A stretch of 64,000 nucleotides of DNA, from NCBI GenBank assembly GCA_964016885.1, contig OZ024740.1:15004001-15068000 (forward strand). Reading direction: 5' to 3'. Shown here in pieces: positions 1-14,350 of this stretch. Under the pieces are notes generated by a model that had not been told where the DNA came from, did no database searches, and saw only the letters and a list, made by a program, of their open reading frames with translations. The stretch is from Eledone cirrhosa (taxonomy: Eukaryota). How positions within the stretch are numbered: position 1 is the first letter of the stretch; every line of letters starts with the position of its first letter. The position numbers were made by a program, and so were the translations under genes.

Positions 1-117
1 ATAGGATGTTTTAAACACCTTCATGTTTATGTTTCCCACTAAACAGAGGTGTGAAATATAGGATGTTTTAAACACATTCATGGTTATATTTCCCACTAAA
101 CAGAGTTGTGCAATATA

Positions 118-3100
118 GGATGTTTTAACCACCTTCATGGTTATATTTCCCACTAAACAGAGGTGTGAAATATAGGATGTTTTAAACACCTTCATGTTTA
201 TATTTCCCACTAAACAGAGGTAAGAAATATAGGATGTTTTAAACCCCTTCATGGTTATATTTCCCACTAAACAGAGGTGTGCAATATAGGATGTTTTAAA
301 CACCTTCATGATTATATTTCCCACTAATCAGAGGTGTGAAATATAGGATGTTGTAAACACCTTCATGATTATATTTCCCACTAAACAGAGGTGTGAAATA
401 TAGAATGTTTTAAATACCTTCATGGTTATATTTCCCAATAAACAGAGGTGTGAAATATAGGATGTTCTAAACACCTTCATGGCTATATTTTCCACTAAAC
501 AGAGGTGTGGAATATAGGATGTTTTAAACCCCTTCATGGTTATATTTCACACTAAACAGAGGTGTGGAATATAGGATGTTTAAAACACCTTCATGGTTAT
601 ATTTCCCACTAAACAGAGGTGTGAAATATAGAATGTTTTAAATACCTTCATGGTTATATTTCCCAATAAACAGAGGTGTGAAATATAGGATGTTTTAAAC
701 ACCTTCATGGTTATATTTCCCAATAAACAGAGGTGTGAAATATAGGATGTTTTAAACACCTTCATGGTTATATTTCCCACTAAACAGAGGTGTGAAATAT
801 AGGATGTTGTAAACACCTTCATGGTTACATTTCCCACTAAACAGAGGTGTGAAATATAGGATGTTTAAAACACCTTCATGGTTATATTTCCTACTAAACA
901 GAGGTGTGACATATAGGATGTTTTAACACATTCATGGTTATATTTCCCACTAAACAGAGGTGTGAAATATAGGATGTTTTACACACCTTCATGGTTATAT
1001 TTCCCACTAAACAGAGGTGTGAAATATAGGATGTTTTAAACACCTTCAAGGCTATATTTCCCACTAAACAGAGGTGAGGAATATAGGATGTTTTAAACCC
1101 CTTCATGGTTATATTTCACACTAAACAGAGGTGTGGAATATAGGATGCTTTAAACACCTTCATGGTTATAATTCCCACTAAACAGAGGTGTGAAATATAG
1201 GATGCTTTAAACACCTTCTTGGTTATATTTCCCACTAAACAGAGGTGTGAAATATAGGATGTTTTAAACACCTTCATGGTAATATTTCCCCCTAAACAGA
1301 GGTGTGCAATATAGGATGTTTTAAACACCTTCATGGTTATATTTCTCACTAAACAGAGGTGTGAAATATAGGATGTTTTAACACCTTCATGGTTATATTT
1401 CCCACTAAACAGAGGTGTGAAATATAGGATGTTTTAAACACCTTCATGGTTATATTTCCCACTAAACAGAGGTGTGAAATATAGGATGTTTTAAAAACCT
1501 TCATGCTTATATTTCCCACTAAACAGAGGTGTGCAATATAGGATGTTTTAAACACCTTCATGATTATATTTCCCACTAAACAGAGGTGTGAAATATAGGA
1601 TGTTTTAAACACCTTCATGGTTATATTTCCCACTACACAGAGGTGTGAAATATAGGATGTTTTAACCACCTTCATGGTTATATTTCCCACTAAACAGAGG
1701 TGTGAAATATAGGATGTTTTAAACACCTTCATGGTTATATTTCCCACTAAACAGAGGTAAGAAATATAGGATGTTTTAAACCCCTTCATGGTTATATTTC
1801 CCACTAAACAGAGGTGTGCAATATAGGATGTTTTAAACACCTTCATGATTATATTTCCCACTAATCAGAGGTGTGAAATATAGGATGTTGTAAACACCTT
1901 CATGATTATATTTCCCACTAAACAGAGGTGTGAAATATAGAATGTTTTAAATACCTTCATGGTTATATTTCCCAATAAACAGAGGTGTGAAATATAGGAT
2001 GTTCTAAACACCTTCATGGCTATATTTTCCACTAAACAGAGGTGTGGAATATAGGATGTTTTAAACCCCTTCATGGTTATATTTCACACTAAACAGAGGT
2101 GTGGAATATAGGATGTTTAAAACACCTTCATGGTTATATTTCCCACTAAACAGAGGTGTGAAATATAGAATGTTTTAAATACCTTCATGGTTATATTTCC
2201 CAATAAACAGAGGTGTGAAATATAGGATGTTTTAAACACCTTCATGGTTATATTTCCCAATAAACAGAGGTGTGAAATATAGGATGTTTTAAACACCTTC
2301 ATGGTTATATTTCCCACTAAACAGAGGTGTGAAATATAGGATGTTGTAAACACCTTCATGGTTACATTTCCCACTAAACAGAGGTGTGAAATATAGGATG
2401 TTTAAAACACCTTCATGGTTATATTTCCTACTAAACAGAGGTGTGACATATAGGATGTTTTAACACATTCATGGTTATATTTCCCACTAAACAGAGGTGT
2501 GAAATATAGGATGTTTTACACACCTTCATGGTTATATTTCCCACTAAACAGAGGTGTGAAATATAGGATGTTTTAAACACCTTCATGGCTATATTTCCCA
2601 CTAAACAGAGGTGAGGAATATAGGATGTTTTAAACCCCTTCATGGTTATATTTCACACTAAACAGAGGTGTGGAATATAGGATGCTTTAAACACCTTCAT
2701 GGTTATAATTCCCACTAAACAGAGGTGTGAAATATAGGATGCTTTAAACACCTTCTTGGTTATATTTCCCACTAAACAGAGGTGTGAAATATAGGATGTT
2801 TTAAACACCTTCATGGTAATATTTCCCCCTAAACAGAGGTGTGCAATATAGGATGTTTTAAACACCTTCATGGTTATATTTCTCACTAAACAGAGGTGTG
2901 AAATATAGGATGTTTTAACACCTTCATGGTTATATTTCCCACTAAACAGAGGTGTGAAATATAGGATGTTTTAAACACCTTCATGGTTATATTTCCCACT
3001 AAACAGAGGTGTGAAATATAGGATGTTTTAAAAACCTTCATGCTTATATTTCCCACTAAACAGAGGTGTGCAATATAGGATGTTTTAAACACCTTCATGA

Positions 3101-3197
3101 TTATATTTCCCACTAAACAGAGGTGTGAAATATAGGATGTTTTAAACACCTTCATGGTTATATTTCCCACTACACAGAGGTGTGAAATATAGGATGT
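118..3197. repeat. Higher-order tandem duplication, 1537-bp unit (27 monomers minus 2 bp), 2 copies
   Basis: ORF offsets 328/1865, 580/2117, 894/2431, 1116/2653 and 1349/2886 all equal 1537. Rare variants TTAACCACC, GGTAAGAAA, GTGACATA, TTTACACA, TTCTTGG and TTCCCCCT recur at this offset. Confidence 0.9.
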
Positions 3198-5479
3198 TTT
3201 AAACACCTTCATGGTTATATTTCCTACTAAACAGAGGTGTGAAATATAGGATGTTTTAAACACCTTCATGATTATATTTCCCACTAAACAGAGGTGTGAA
3301 ATATAGGATGTTTTAAACCCCTTCATGGTTATATTTCCCACTAAACAGAGGTGTGCAATATAGGATGTTTTAAACACCTTCATGATTATATTTCCCACTA
3401 AACAGAGGTGTGAAATATAGGATGTTGTAAACACCTTCATGGTTATATTTCCCACTACACAGAGGTGTGAAATATAGGGTGTTGTAAACACCTTCATGAT
3501 TATATTTCCCACTAAACAGAGGTGTGAAATATAGAATGTTTTAAATACCTTCATGGTTATATTTCCCAATAAACAGAGGTTTGAAATATAGGATGTTTTA
3601 AACACGTTCATGGTTATATTTCCCACTAAACAGAGGTGTGAAATATAGGATGTTTTAAACACCTTCATATTTATGTTTCCCACTAAACAGAGGTGTAAAA
3701 TATAGGATGTTTTAAACACCTTCATGGTTATATTTCCCACTAAACAGAGGTGTGAAATATAGGATGTTTTAAACCCCTTCATGGTTATATTTCCCACTAA
3801 ACAGAGGTGTGCAATATAGGATGTTTTAAACACCTTCATGATTATATTTCCCACTAAACAGAGGTGTGAAATATAGGATGTTGTAAACACCTTCATGGTT
3901 ATATTTCCCACTACACAGAGGTGTGAAATATAGGGTGTTGTAAACACCTTCATGATTATATTTCCCACTAAACAGAGATGTGAAATATAGAATGTTTTAA
4001 ATACATTCATCGTTATATTTCCCAATAAACAGAGGTGTGAAATATAGGATGTTTTAAACACCTTCATGGTTATATTTCCCACTAAACAGAGGTGTGAAAT
4101 ATAGGATGTTTTAAACACCTTCATGGCTATATTTCCCACTAAACAGAGGTGAGGAATATAGGATGTTTTAAACCCCTTCATGGTTATATTTCACACTAAA
4201 CAGAGGTGTGGAATATGGGATGCTTTAAACACCTTCATGGTTATATTTCCCACTAAACAGAGGTGTGAAATATAGGATGTTTTAAACACCTTCATGGTTA
4301 TATTTCCCACTAAACAGAGGTGTGAAATATAGGATGTTTTAAAAACCTTCATGCTTATATTTCCCACTAAACAGAGGTGTGAAATATAGGATGTTTTAAA
4401 CACCTTCATGGTTATATTTCCCACTAAACAGAGGTGTGAAATATAGGATGTTTTAAACCCCTTCATGGTTATATTTCCCACTAAACAGAGGTGTGCAATA
4501 TAGGATGTTTTAAACACCTTCATGTTTATATTTCCCACTAAACAGAGGTGTGAAATATAGGATGTTTTAAACACCTTCATGGTTATATTTCCCACTACAC
4601 AGAGGTGTGAAATATAGGATGTTTTAAACACCTTCATGGTTATATTTCCTACTAAACAGAGGTGTGAAATATAGGATGTTTTAAACACCTTCATGATTAT
4701 ATTTCCCACTAAACAGAGGTGTGAAATATGGGATGTTTTAAACCCCTTCATGGTTATATTTCCCACTAAACAGAGGTGTGCAATATAGGATGTTTTAAAC
4801 ACCTTCATGATTATATTTCCCACTAAACAGAGGTGTGAAATATAGGATGTTGTAAACACCTTCATGGTTATATTTCCCACTACACAGAGGTGTGAAATAT
4901 AGGGTGTTGTAAACACCTTCATGATTATATTTCCCACTAAACAGAGGTGTGAAATATAGAATGTTTTAAATACCTTCATGGTTATATTTCCCAATAAACA
5001 GAGGTTTGAAATATAGGATGTTTTAAACACGTTCATGGTTATATTTCCCACTAAACAGAGGTGTGAAATATAGGATGTTTTAAACACCTTCATGTTTATG
5101 TTTCCCACTAAACAGAGGTGTAAAATATAGGATGTTTTAAACACCTTCATGGTTATATTTCCCACTAAACAGAGGTGTGAAATATAGGATGTTTTAAACC
5201 CCTTCATGGTTATATTTCCCACTAAACAGAGGTGTGCAATATAGGATGTTTTAAACACCTTCATGATTATATTTCCCACTAAACAGAGGTGTGAAATATA
5301 GGATGTTGTAAACACCTTCATGGTTATATTTCCCACTACACAGAGGTGTGAAATATAGGGTGTTGTAAACACCTTCATGATTATATTTCCCACTAAACAG
5401 AGGTGTGAAATATAGAATGTTTTAAATACATTCATCGTTATATTTCCCAATAAACAGAGGTGTGAAATATAGGATGTTT

Positions 5480-8400
5480 TAAACACCTTCATGGTTATAT
5501 TTCCCACTAACCAGAGGTGTGAAATATAGGATGTTTTAAACACCTTCATGGCTATATTTCCCACTAAACAGAGGTGAGGAATATAGGATGTTTTAAACCC
5601 CTTCATGGTTATATTTCACACTAAACAGAGGTGTGGAATATGGGATGCTTTAAACACCTTCATGGTTATATTTCCCACTAAACAGAGGTGTGAAATATAG
5701 GATGCTTTAAACACCTTCATGGTTATATTTCCAACTAAACAGAGGTGTGAAATATAGGATGTTTTAAACAGCTTCATGGTTATATTTCCCACTAAACAGA
5801 GGTGTGAAATATAGGATGTTTTAAACACCTTCATTGTTATATTTCCCACTAAACAGAGGTGTGAAATATAGGATGTTTTAAACACCTTCATGGTTATATT
5901 TCCCACTAAACAGAGGTGTGCAATATAGGATGTTTTAAACACCTTCATGGTTATATTTCCCACTAAACAGAGGTGTGAAATATAGGATGTTTTAACACCT
6001 TCATGGTTATATTTCCCACTAAACAGAGGTGTGAAATATAGGATGTTTTAAACACCTTCATGGTTATATTTCCCACTAAACAGAGGTGTGAAATATAGGA
6101 TGTTTTAAAAACCTTCATGGTTATATTTCCCACTAAACAGAGGTGTGAAATATAGGATGTTTTAAACACCTTCATGGTTATATTTCCCACTAAACAGAGG
6201 TGTAAAATATAGGATGTTTTAAACCCCTTCATGGTTATATTTCCCACTAAACAGAGGTGTGCAATATAGGATGTTTTAAACACCTTCATGATTATATTTC
6301 CCACTAAACAGAGGTGTGAAATATAGGATGGTGTAAACACCTTCATGGTTATATTTTCCACTACACAGAGGTGTGAAATATAGGGTGATGTAAACACCTT
6401 CATGCTTATATTTCCCATTAAACAGAGGTGTGAAATATAGAATGTTTTAAATACCTTCATGGTTATATTTCCCAATAAACAGAGGTGTGAAATATAGGAT
6501 GTTTCAAACACCTTCATGGTTATATTTCCCACTAAACAGAGGTGTGAAATATAGGATGTTTTAAACACCTTCATGGTTATATTTCCGACTAAACAGAGGT
6601 GTGCAATATAGGATGTTTTAAACACCTTCATTTTATATTTCCCACTAAACAGAGGTGTGAAATATAGGATGTTTTAACACATTCATGGTTATATTTCACA
6701 CTAAACAGAGGTGTGAAATATAGGATGTTTTAAACACCTTCATGGTTATATTCCCACTAAACAGAGGTGTGAAATATAGGATGTTTTAAACACCTTCATG
6801 ATTATATTTCCCACTAAACAGAGGTGTGAAATATAGGATGTTGTAAACACCTTCATGGTTATATTTCCCACTACACAGAGGTGTGAAATATAGGGTGTTG
6901 TAAACACCTTCATGATTATATTTCCCACTAAACAGAGGTGTGAAATATAGAATGTTTTAAATACCTTCATGGTTATATTTCCGACTAAACAGAGGTGTGC
7001 AATATAGGATGTTTTAAACACCTTCATTGTTATATTTCCCACTAAACAGAGGTGTGAAATATAGGATGTTTTAACACATTCATGGTTATATTTCACACTA
7101 AACAGAGGTGTGAAATATAGGATGTTTTAAACACCTTCATGGTTATATTCCCACTAAACAGAGGTGTGAAATATAGGATGTTTTAAAAACCTTCATGGTT
7201 ATATTTCCCACTAAACAGAGGTGTGAAATATAGGATGTTTTAAACACCTTCATGGTTATATTTCCCACTAAACAGAAGTGTGAAATATAGGATGTTTTAA
7301 ACCCCTTCATGGTTATATTTCCCACTAAACAGAGGTGTGCAATATAGGATGTTTTAAACACCTTCATGATTATATTTCCCACTAAACAGAGGTGTGAAAT
7401 ATAGGATGTTGTAAACACCTTCATGGTTATATTTCCCACTACACAGAGGTGTGAAATATAGGGTGTTGTAAACACCTTCATGATTATATTTCCCACTAAA
7501 CAGAGGTGTGAAATATAGAATGTTTTAAATACCTTCATGGTTATATTTCCCAATAAACAGAGGTTTGAAATATAGGATGTTTTAAACACGTTCATGGTTA
7601 TATTTCCCACTAAACAGAGGTGTGAAATATAGGATGTTTTAAACACCTTCATGTTTATGTTTCCCACTAAACAGAGGTGTAAAATATAGGATGTTTTAAA
7701 CACCTTCATGGTTATATTTCCCACTAAACAGAGGTGTGAAATATAGGATGTTTTAAACCCCTTCATGGTTATATTTCCCACTAAACAGAGGTGTGCAATA
7801 TAGGATGTTTTAAACACCTTCATGATTATATTTCCCACTAAACAGAGGTGTGAAATATAGGATGTTGTAAACACCTTCATGGTTATATTTCCCACTACAC
7901 AGAGGTGTGAAATATAGGGTGTTGTAAACACCTTCATGATTATATTTCCTACTAAACAGAGGTGTGAAATATAGAATCTTTTAAATACATTCATGGTTAT
8001 ATTTCCCACTAAACAGAGGTGTGAAATATAGGATGTTTTAAAAACCTTCATGCTTATATTTCCCACTAAACAGAGGTGTGAAATATAGGATGTTTTAAAC
8101 ACCTTCATGGTTATATTTCCCACTAAACAGAGGTGTGAAATATAGGATGTTTTAAACCCCTTCATGGTTATATTTCCCACTAAACAGAGGTGTGCAATAT
8201 AGGATGTTTTAAACACCTTCATGTTTATATTTCCCACTAAACAGAGGTGTGAAATATAGGATGTTTTAAACACCTTCATGGTTATATTTCCCACTACACA
8301 GAGGTGTGAAATATAGGATGTTTTAAACACCTTCATGGTTATATTTCCTACTAAACAGAGGTGTGAAATATAGGATGTTTTAAACACCTTCATGATTATA

Positions 8401-11400
8401 TTTCCCACTAAACAGAGGTGTGAAATATAGGATGTTTTAAACCCCTTCATGGTTATATTTCCCACTAAACAGAGGTGTGCAATATAGGATGTTTTAAACA
8501 CCTTCATGATTATATTTCCCACTAAACAGAGGTGTGAAATATAGGATGTTGTAAACACCTTCATGGTTATATTTCCCACTACACAGAGGTGTGAAATATA
8601 GGGTGTTGTAAACACCTTCATGATTATATTTCCCACTAAACAGAGGTGTGAAATATAGAATGTTTTAAATACCTTCATGGTTATATTTCCCAATAAACAG
8701 AGGTTTGAAATATAGGATGTTTTAAACACGTTCATGGTTATATTTCCCACTAAACAGAGGTGTGAAATATAGGATGTTTTAAACACCTTCATGTTTATGT
8801 TTCCCACTAAACAGAGGTGTAAAATATAGGATGTTTTAAACACCTTCATGGTTATATTTCCCACTAAACAGAGGTGTGAAATATAGGATGTTTTAAACCC
8901 CTTCATGGTTATATTTCCCACTAAACAGAGGTGTGCAATATAGGATGTTTTAAACACCTTCATGATTATATTTCCCACTAAACAGAGGTGTGAAATATAG
9001 GATGTTGTAAACACCTTCATGGTTATATTTCCCACTACACAGAGGTGTGAAATATAGAGTGTTGTAAACACCTTCATGATTATATTTCCCACTAAACAGA
9101 GGTGTGAAATATAGAATGTTTTAAATACATTCATCGTTATATTTCCCAATAAACAGAGGTGTGAAATATAGGATGTTTTAAACACCTTCATGGTTATATT
9201 TCCCACTAACCAGAGGTGTGAAATATAGGATGTTTTAAACACCTTCATGGCTATATTTCCCACTAAACAGAGGTGAGGAATATAGGATGTTTTAAACCCC
9301 TTCATGGTTATATTTCACACTAAACAGAGGTGTGGAATATGGGATGCTTTAAACACCTTCATGGTTATATTTCCCACTAAACAGAGGTGTGAAATATAGG
9401 ATGCTTTAAACACCTTCATGGTTATATTTCCAACTAAACAGAGGTGTGAAATATAGGATGTTTTAAACAGCTTCATGGTTATATTTCCCACTAAACAGAG
9501 GTGTGAAATATAGGATGTTTTAAACACCTTCATTGTTATATTTCCCACTAAACAGAGGTGTGAAATATAGGATGTTTTAAACACCTTCATGGTTATATTT
9601 CCCACTAAACAGAGGTGTGCAATATAGGATGTTTTAAACACCTTCATGGTTATATTTCCCACTAAACAGAGGTGTGAAATATAGGATGTTTTAACACCTT
9701 CATGGTTATATTTCCCACTAAACAGAGGTGTGAAATATAGGATGTTTTAAACACCTTCATGGTTATATTTCCCACTAAACAGAGGTGTGAAATATAGGAT
9801 GTTTTAAAAACCTTCATGGTTATATTTCCCACTAAACAGAGGTGTGAAATATAGGATGTTTTAAACACCTTCATGGTTATATTTCCCACTAAACAGAGGT
9901 GTGAAATATAGGATGTTTTAAACCCCTTCATGGTTATATTTCCCACTAAACAGAGGTGTGCAATATAGGATGTTTTAAACACCTTCATGATTATATTTCC
10001 CACTAAACAGAGGTGTGAAATATAGGATGGTGTAAACACCTTCATGGTTATATTTTCCACTACACAGAGGTGTGAAATATAGGGTGATGTAAACACCTTC
10101 ATGCTTATATTTCCCATTAAACAGAGGTGTGAAATATAGAATGTTTTAAATACCTTCATGGTTATATTTCCCAATAAACAGAGGTGTGAAATATAGGATG
10201 TTTCAAACACCTTCATGGTTATATTTCCCACTAAACAGAGGTGTGAAATATAGGATGTTTTAAACACCTTCATGGTTATATTTCCGACTAAACAGAGGTG
10301 TGCAATATAGGATGTTTTAAACACCTTCATTGTTATATTTCCCACTAAACAGAGGTGTGAAATATAGGATGTTTTAACACATTCATGGTTATATTTCACA
10401 CTAAACAGAGGTGTGAAATATAGGATGTTTTAAACACCTTCATGGTTATATTCCCACTAAACAGAGGTGTGAAATATAGGATGTTTTAAACACCTTCATG
10501 ATTATATTTCCCACTAAACAGAGGTGTGAAATATAGGATGTTGTAAACACCTTCATGGTTATATTTCCCACTACACAGAGGTGTGAAATATAGGGTGTTG
10601 TAAACACCTTCATGATTATATTTCCCACTAAACAGAGGTGTGAAATATAGAATGTTTTAAATACCTTCATGGTTATATTTCCGACTAAACAGAGGTGTGC
10701 AATATAGGATGTTTTAAACACCTTCATTGTTATATTTCCCACTAAACAGAGGTGTGAAATATAGGATGTTTTAACACATTCATGGTTATATTTCACACTA
10801 AACAGAGGTGTGAAATATAGGATGTTTTAAACACCTTCATGGTTATATTCCCACTAAACAGAGGTGTGAAATATAGGATGTTTTAAAAACCTTCATGGTT
10901 ATATTTCCCACTAAACAGAGGTGTGAAATATAGGATGTTTTAAACACCTTCATGGTTATATTTCCCACTAAACAGAAGTGTGAAATATAGGATGTTTTAA
11001 ACCCCTTCATGGTTATATTTCCCACTAAACAGAGGTGTGCAATATAGGATGTTTTAAACACCTTCATGATTATATTTCCCACTAAACAGAGGTGTGAAAT
11101 ATAGGATGTTGTAAACACCTTCATGGTTATATTTCCCACTACACAGAGGTGTGAAATATAGGGTGTTGTAAACACCTTCATGATTATATTTCCCACTAAA
11201 CAGAGGTGTGAAATATAGAATGTTTTAAATACCTTCATGGTTATATTTCCCAATAAACAGAGGTTTGAAATATAGGATGTTTTAAACACGTTCATGGTTA
11301 TATTTCCCACTAAACAGAGGTGTGAAATATAGGATGTTTTAAACACCTTCATGTTTATGTTTCCCACTAAACAGAGGTGTAAAATATAGGATGTTTTAAA

Positions 11401-11700
11401 CACCTTCATGGTTATATTTCCCACTAAACAGAGGTGTGAAATATAGGATGTTTTAAACCCCTTCATGGTTATATTTCCCACTAAACAGAGGTGTGCAATA
11501 TAGGATGTTTTAAACACCTTCATGATTATATTTCCCACTAAACAGAGGTGTGAAATATAGGATGTTGTAAACACCTTCATGGTTATATTTCCCACTACAC
11601 AGAGGTGTGAAATATAGGGTGTTGTAAACACCTTCATGATTATATTTCCTACTAAACAGAGGTGTGAAATATAGAATGTTTTAAATACATTCATGGTTAT
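5480..11700. repeat. Non-adjacent duplicated block (about 5.5-8.0 kb repeated at about 9.2-11.7 kb), offset 3699-3700 bp (65 monomers)
   Basis: ORF offsets 5616/9315 and 5963/9662 (3699); 6746/10446 and 7143/10843 (3700). Shared rare variants CTAACCAGAG (~5508 and ~9207) and AAACAGCTTC. Confidence 0.8.
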
Positions 11701-14350
11701 ATTTCCCACTAAACAGAGGTGAGGAATATAGGATGTTTTAAACCCCTTCATGGTTATATTTCACACTAAACAGAGGTGTGGAATATGGGATGCTTTAAAC
11801 ACCTTCATGGTTATATTTCCCACTAAACAGAGGTGTGAAATATAGGATGCTTTAAACACCTTCATGGTTATATTTCCAACTAAACAGAGGTGTGAAATAT
11901 AGGATGTTTTAAACAGCTTCATGGTTATATTTCCCACTAAACAGAGGTGTGAAATATAGGATGTTTTAAACACCTTCATTGTTATATTTCCCACTAAACA
12001 GAGGTGTGAAATATAGGATGTTTTAAACACCTTCATGGTTATATTTCCCACTAAACAGAGGTGTGAAATATAGGATGTTTTAAACACCTTCATGGTTATA
12101 TTTCCCACTAAACAGAGGTGTGAAATATAGGATGTTTTAACACCTTCATGGTTATATTTCCCACTAAACAGAGGTGTGAAATATAGGATGTTTTAAACAC
12201 CTTCATGGTTATATTTCCCACTAAACAGAGGTGTGAAATATAGGATGTTTTAAAAACCTTCATGGTTATATTTCCCACTAAACAGAGGTGTGAAATATAG
12301 GATGTTTTAAACACCTTCATGGTTATATTTCCCACTAAACAGAGGTGTGAAATATAGGATGTTTTAAACCCCTTCATGGTTATATTTCCCACTAAACAGA
12401 GGTGTGCAATATAGGATGTTTTAAACACCTTCATGATTATATTTCCCACTAAACAGAGGTGTGAAATATAGGATGGTGTAAACACCTTCATGGTTATATT
12501 TTCCACTACACAGAGGTGTGAAATATAGGGTGATGTAAACACCTTCATGCTTATATTTCCCATTAAACAGAGGTGTGAAATATAGAATGTTTTAAATACC
12601 TTCATGGTTATATTTCCCAATAAACAGAGGTGTGAAATATAGGATGTTTCAAACACCTTCATGGTTATATTTCCCACTAAACAGAGGTGTGAAATATAGG
12701 ATGTTTTAAACACCTTCATGGTTATATTTCCGACTAAACAGAGGTGTGCAATATAGGATGTTTTAAACACCTTCATTGTTATATTTCCCACTAAACAGAG
12801 GTGTGAAATATAGGATGTTTTAACACATTCATGGTTATATTTCACACTAAACAGAGGTGTGAAATATAGGATGTTTTAAACACCTTCATGGTTATATTCC
12901 CACTAAACAGAGGTGTGAAATATAGGATGTTTTAAACACCTTCATGATTATATTTCCCACTAAACAGAGGTGTGAAATATAGGATGTTGTAAACACCTTC
13001 ATGGTTATATTTCCCACTACACAGAGGTGTGAAATATAGGGTGTTGTAAACACCTTCATGATTATATTTCCCACTAAACAGAGGTGTGAAATATAGAATG
13101 TTTTAAATACCTTCATGGTTATATTTCCGACTAAACAGAGGTGTGCAATATAGGATGTTTTAAACACCTTCATTGTTATATTTCCCACTAAACAGAGGTG
13201 TGAAATATAGGATGTTTTAACACATTCATGGTTATATTTCACACTAAACAGAGGTGTGAAATATAGGATGTTTTAAACACCTTCATGGTTATATTCCCAC
13301 TAAACAGAGGTGTGAAATATAGGATGTTTTAAAAACCTTCATGGTTATATTTCCCACTAAACAGAGGTGTGAAATATAGGATGTTTTAAACACCTTCATG
13401 GTTATATTTCCCACTAAACAGAAGTGTGAAATATAGGATGTTTTAAACCCCTTCATGGTTATATTTCCCACTAAACAGAGGTGTGCAATATAGGATGTTT
13501 TAAACACCTTCATGATTATATTTCCCACTAAACAGAGGTGTGAAATATAGGATGTTGTAAACACCTTCATGGTTATATTTCCCACTACACAGAGGTGTGA
13601 AATATAGGGTGTTGTAAACACCTTCATGATTATATTTCCCACTAAACAGAGGTGTGAAATATAGAATGTTTTAAATACCTTCATGGTTATATTTCCCAAT
13701 AAACAGAGGTTTGAAATATAGGATGTTTTAAACACGTTCATGGTTATATTTCCCACTAAACAGAGGTGTGAAATATAGGATGTTTTAAACACCTTCATGT
13801 TTATGTTTCCCACTAAACAGAGGTGTAAAATATAGGATGTTTTAAACACCTTCATGGTTATATTTCCCACTAAACAGAGGTGTGAAATATAGGATGTTTT
13901 AAACCCCTTCATGGTTATATTTCCCACTAAACAGAGGTGTGCAATATAGGATGTTTTAAACACCTTCATGATTATATTTCCCACTAAACAGAGGTGTGAA
14001 ATATAGGATGTTGTAAACACCTTCATGGTTATATTTCCCACTACACAGAGGTGTGAAATATAGGGTGTTGTAAACACCTTCATGATTATATTTCCCACTA
14101 AACAGAGGTGTGAAATATAGAATGTTTTAAATACATTCATGGTTATATTTCCCACTAAACAGAGGTGAGGAATATAGGATGTTTTAAACCCCTTCATGGT
14201 TATATTTCACACTAAACAGAGGTGTGGAATATGGGATGCTTTAAACACCTTCATGGTTATATTTCCCACTAAACAGAGGTGTGAAATATAGGATGCTTTA
14301 AACACCTTCATGGATATATTTCCAACTAAACAGAGGTGTGAAATATAGGA
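9260..14350. repeat. Higher-order tandem duplication, 2446-bp unit (43 monomers minus 5 bp), about 2 copies
   Basis: ORF offsets 9315/11761, 9662/12108, 10446/12892 and 10843/13289 all equal 2446, with identical or near-identical translations. Confidence 0.9.

Noticed and set aside
7143-9305. Zinc-finger or leucine-rich-repeat protein
   Set aside because: Each 19-aa unit has one His and one Cys in H-L-C spacing, which does not fit C2H2 spacing, and no LxxLxLxxN pattern is present.
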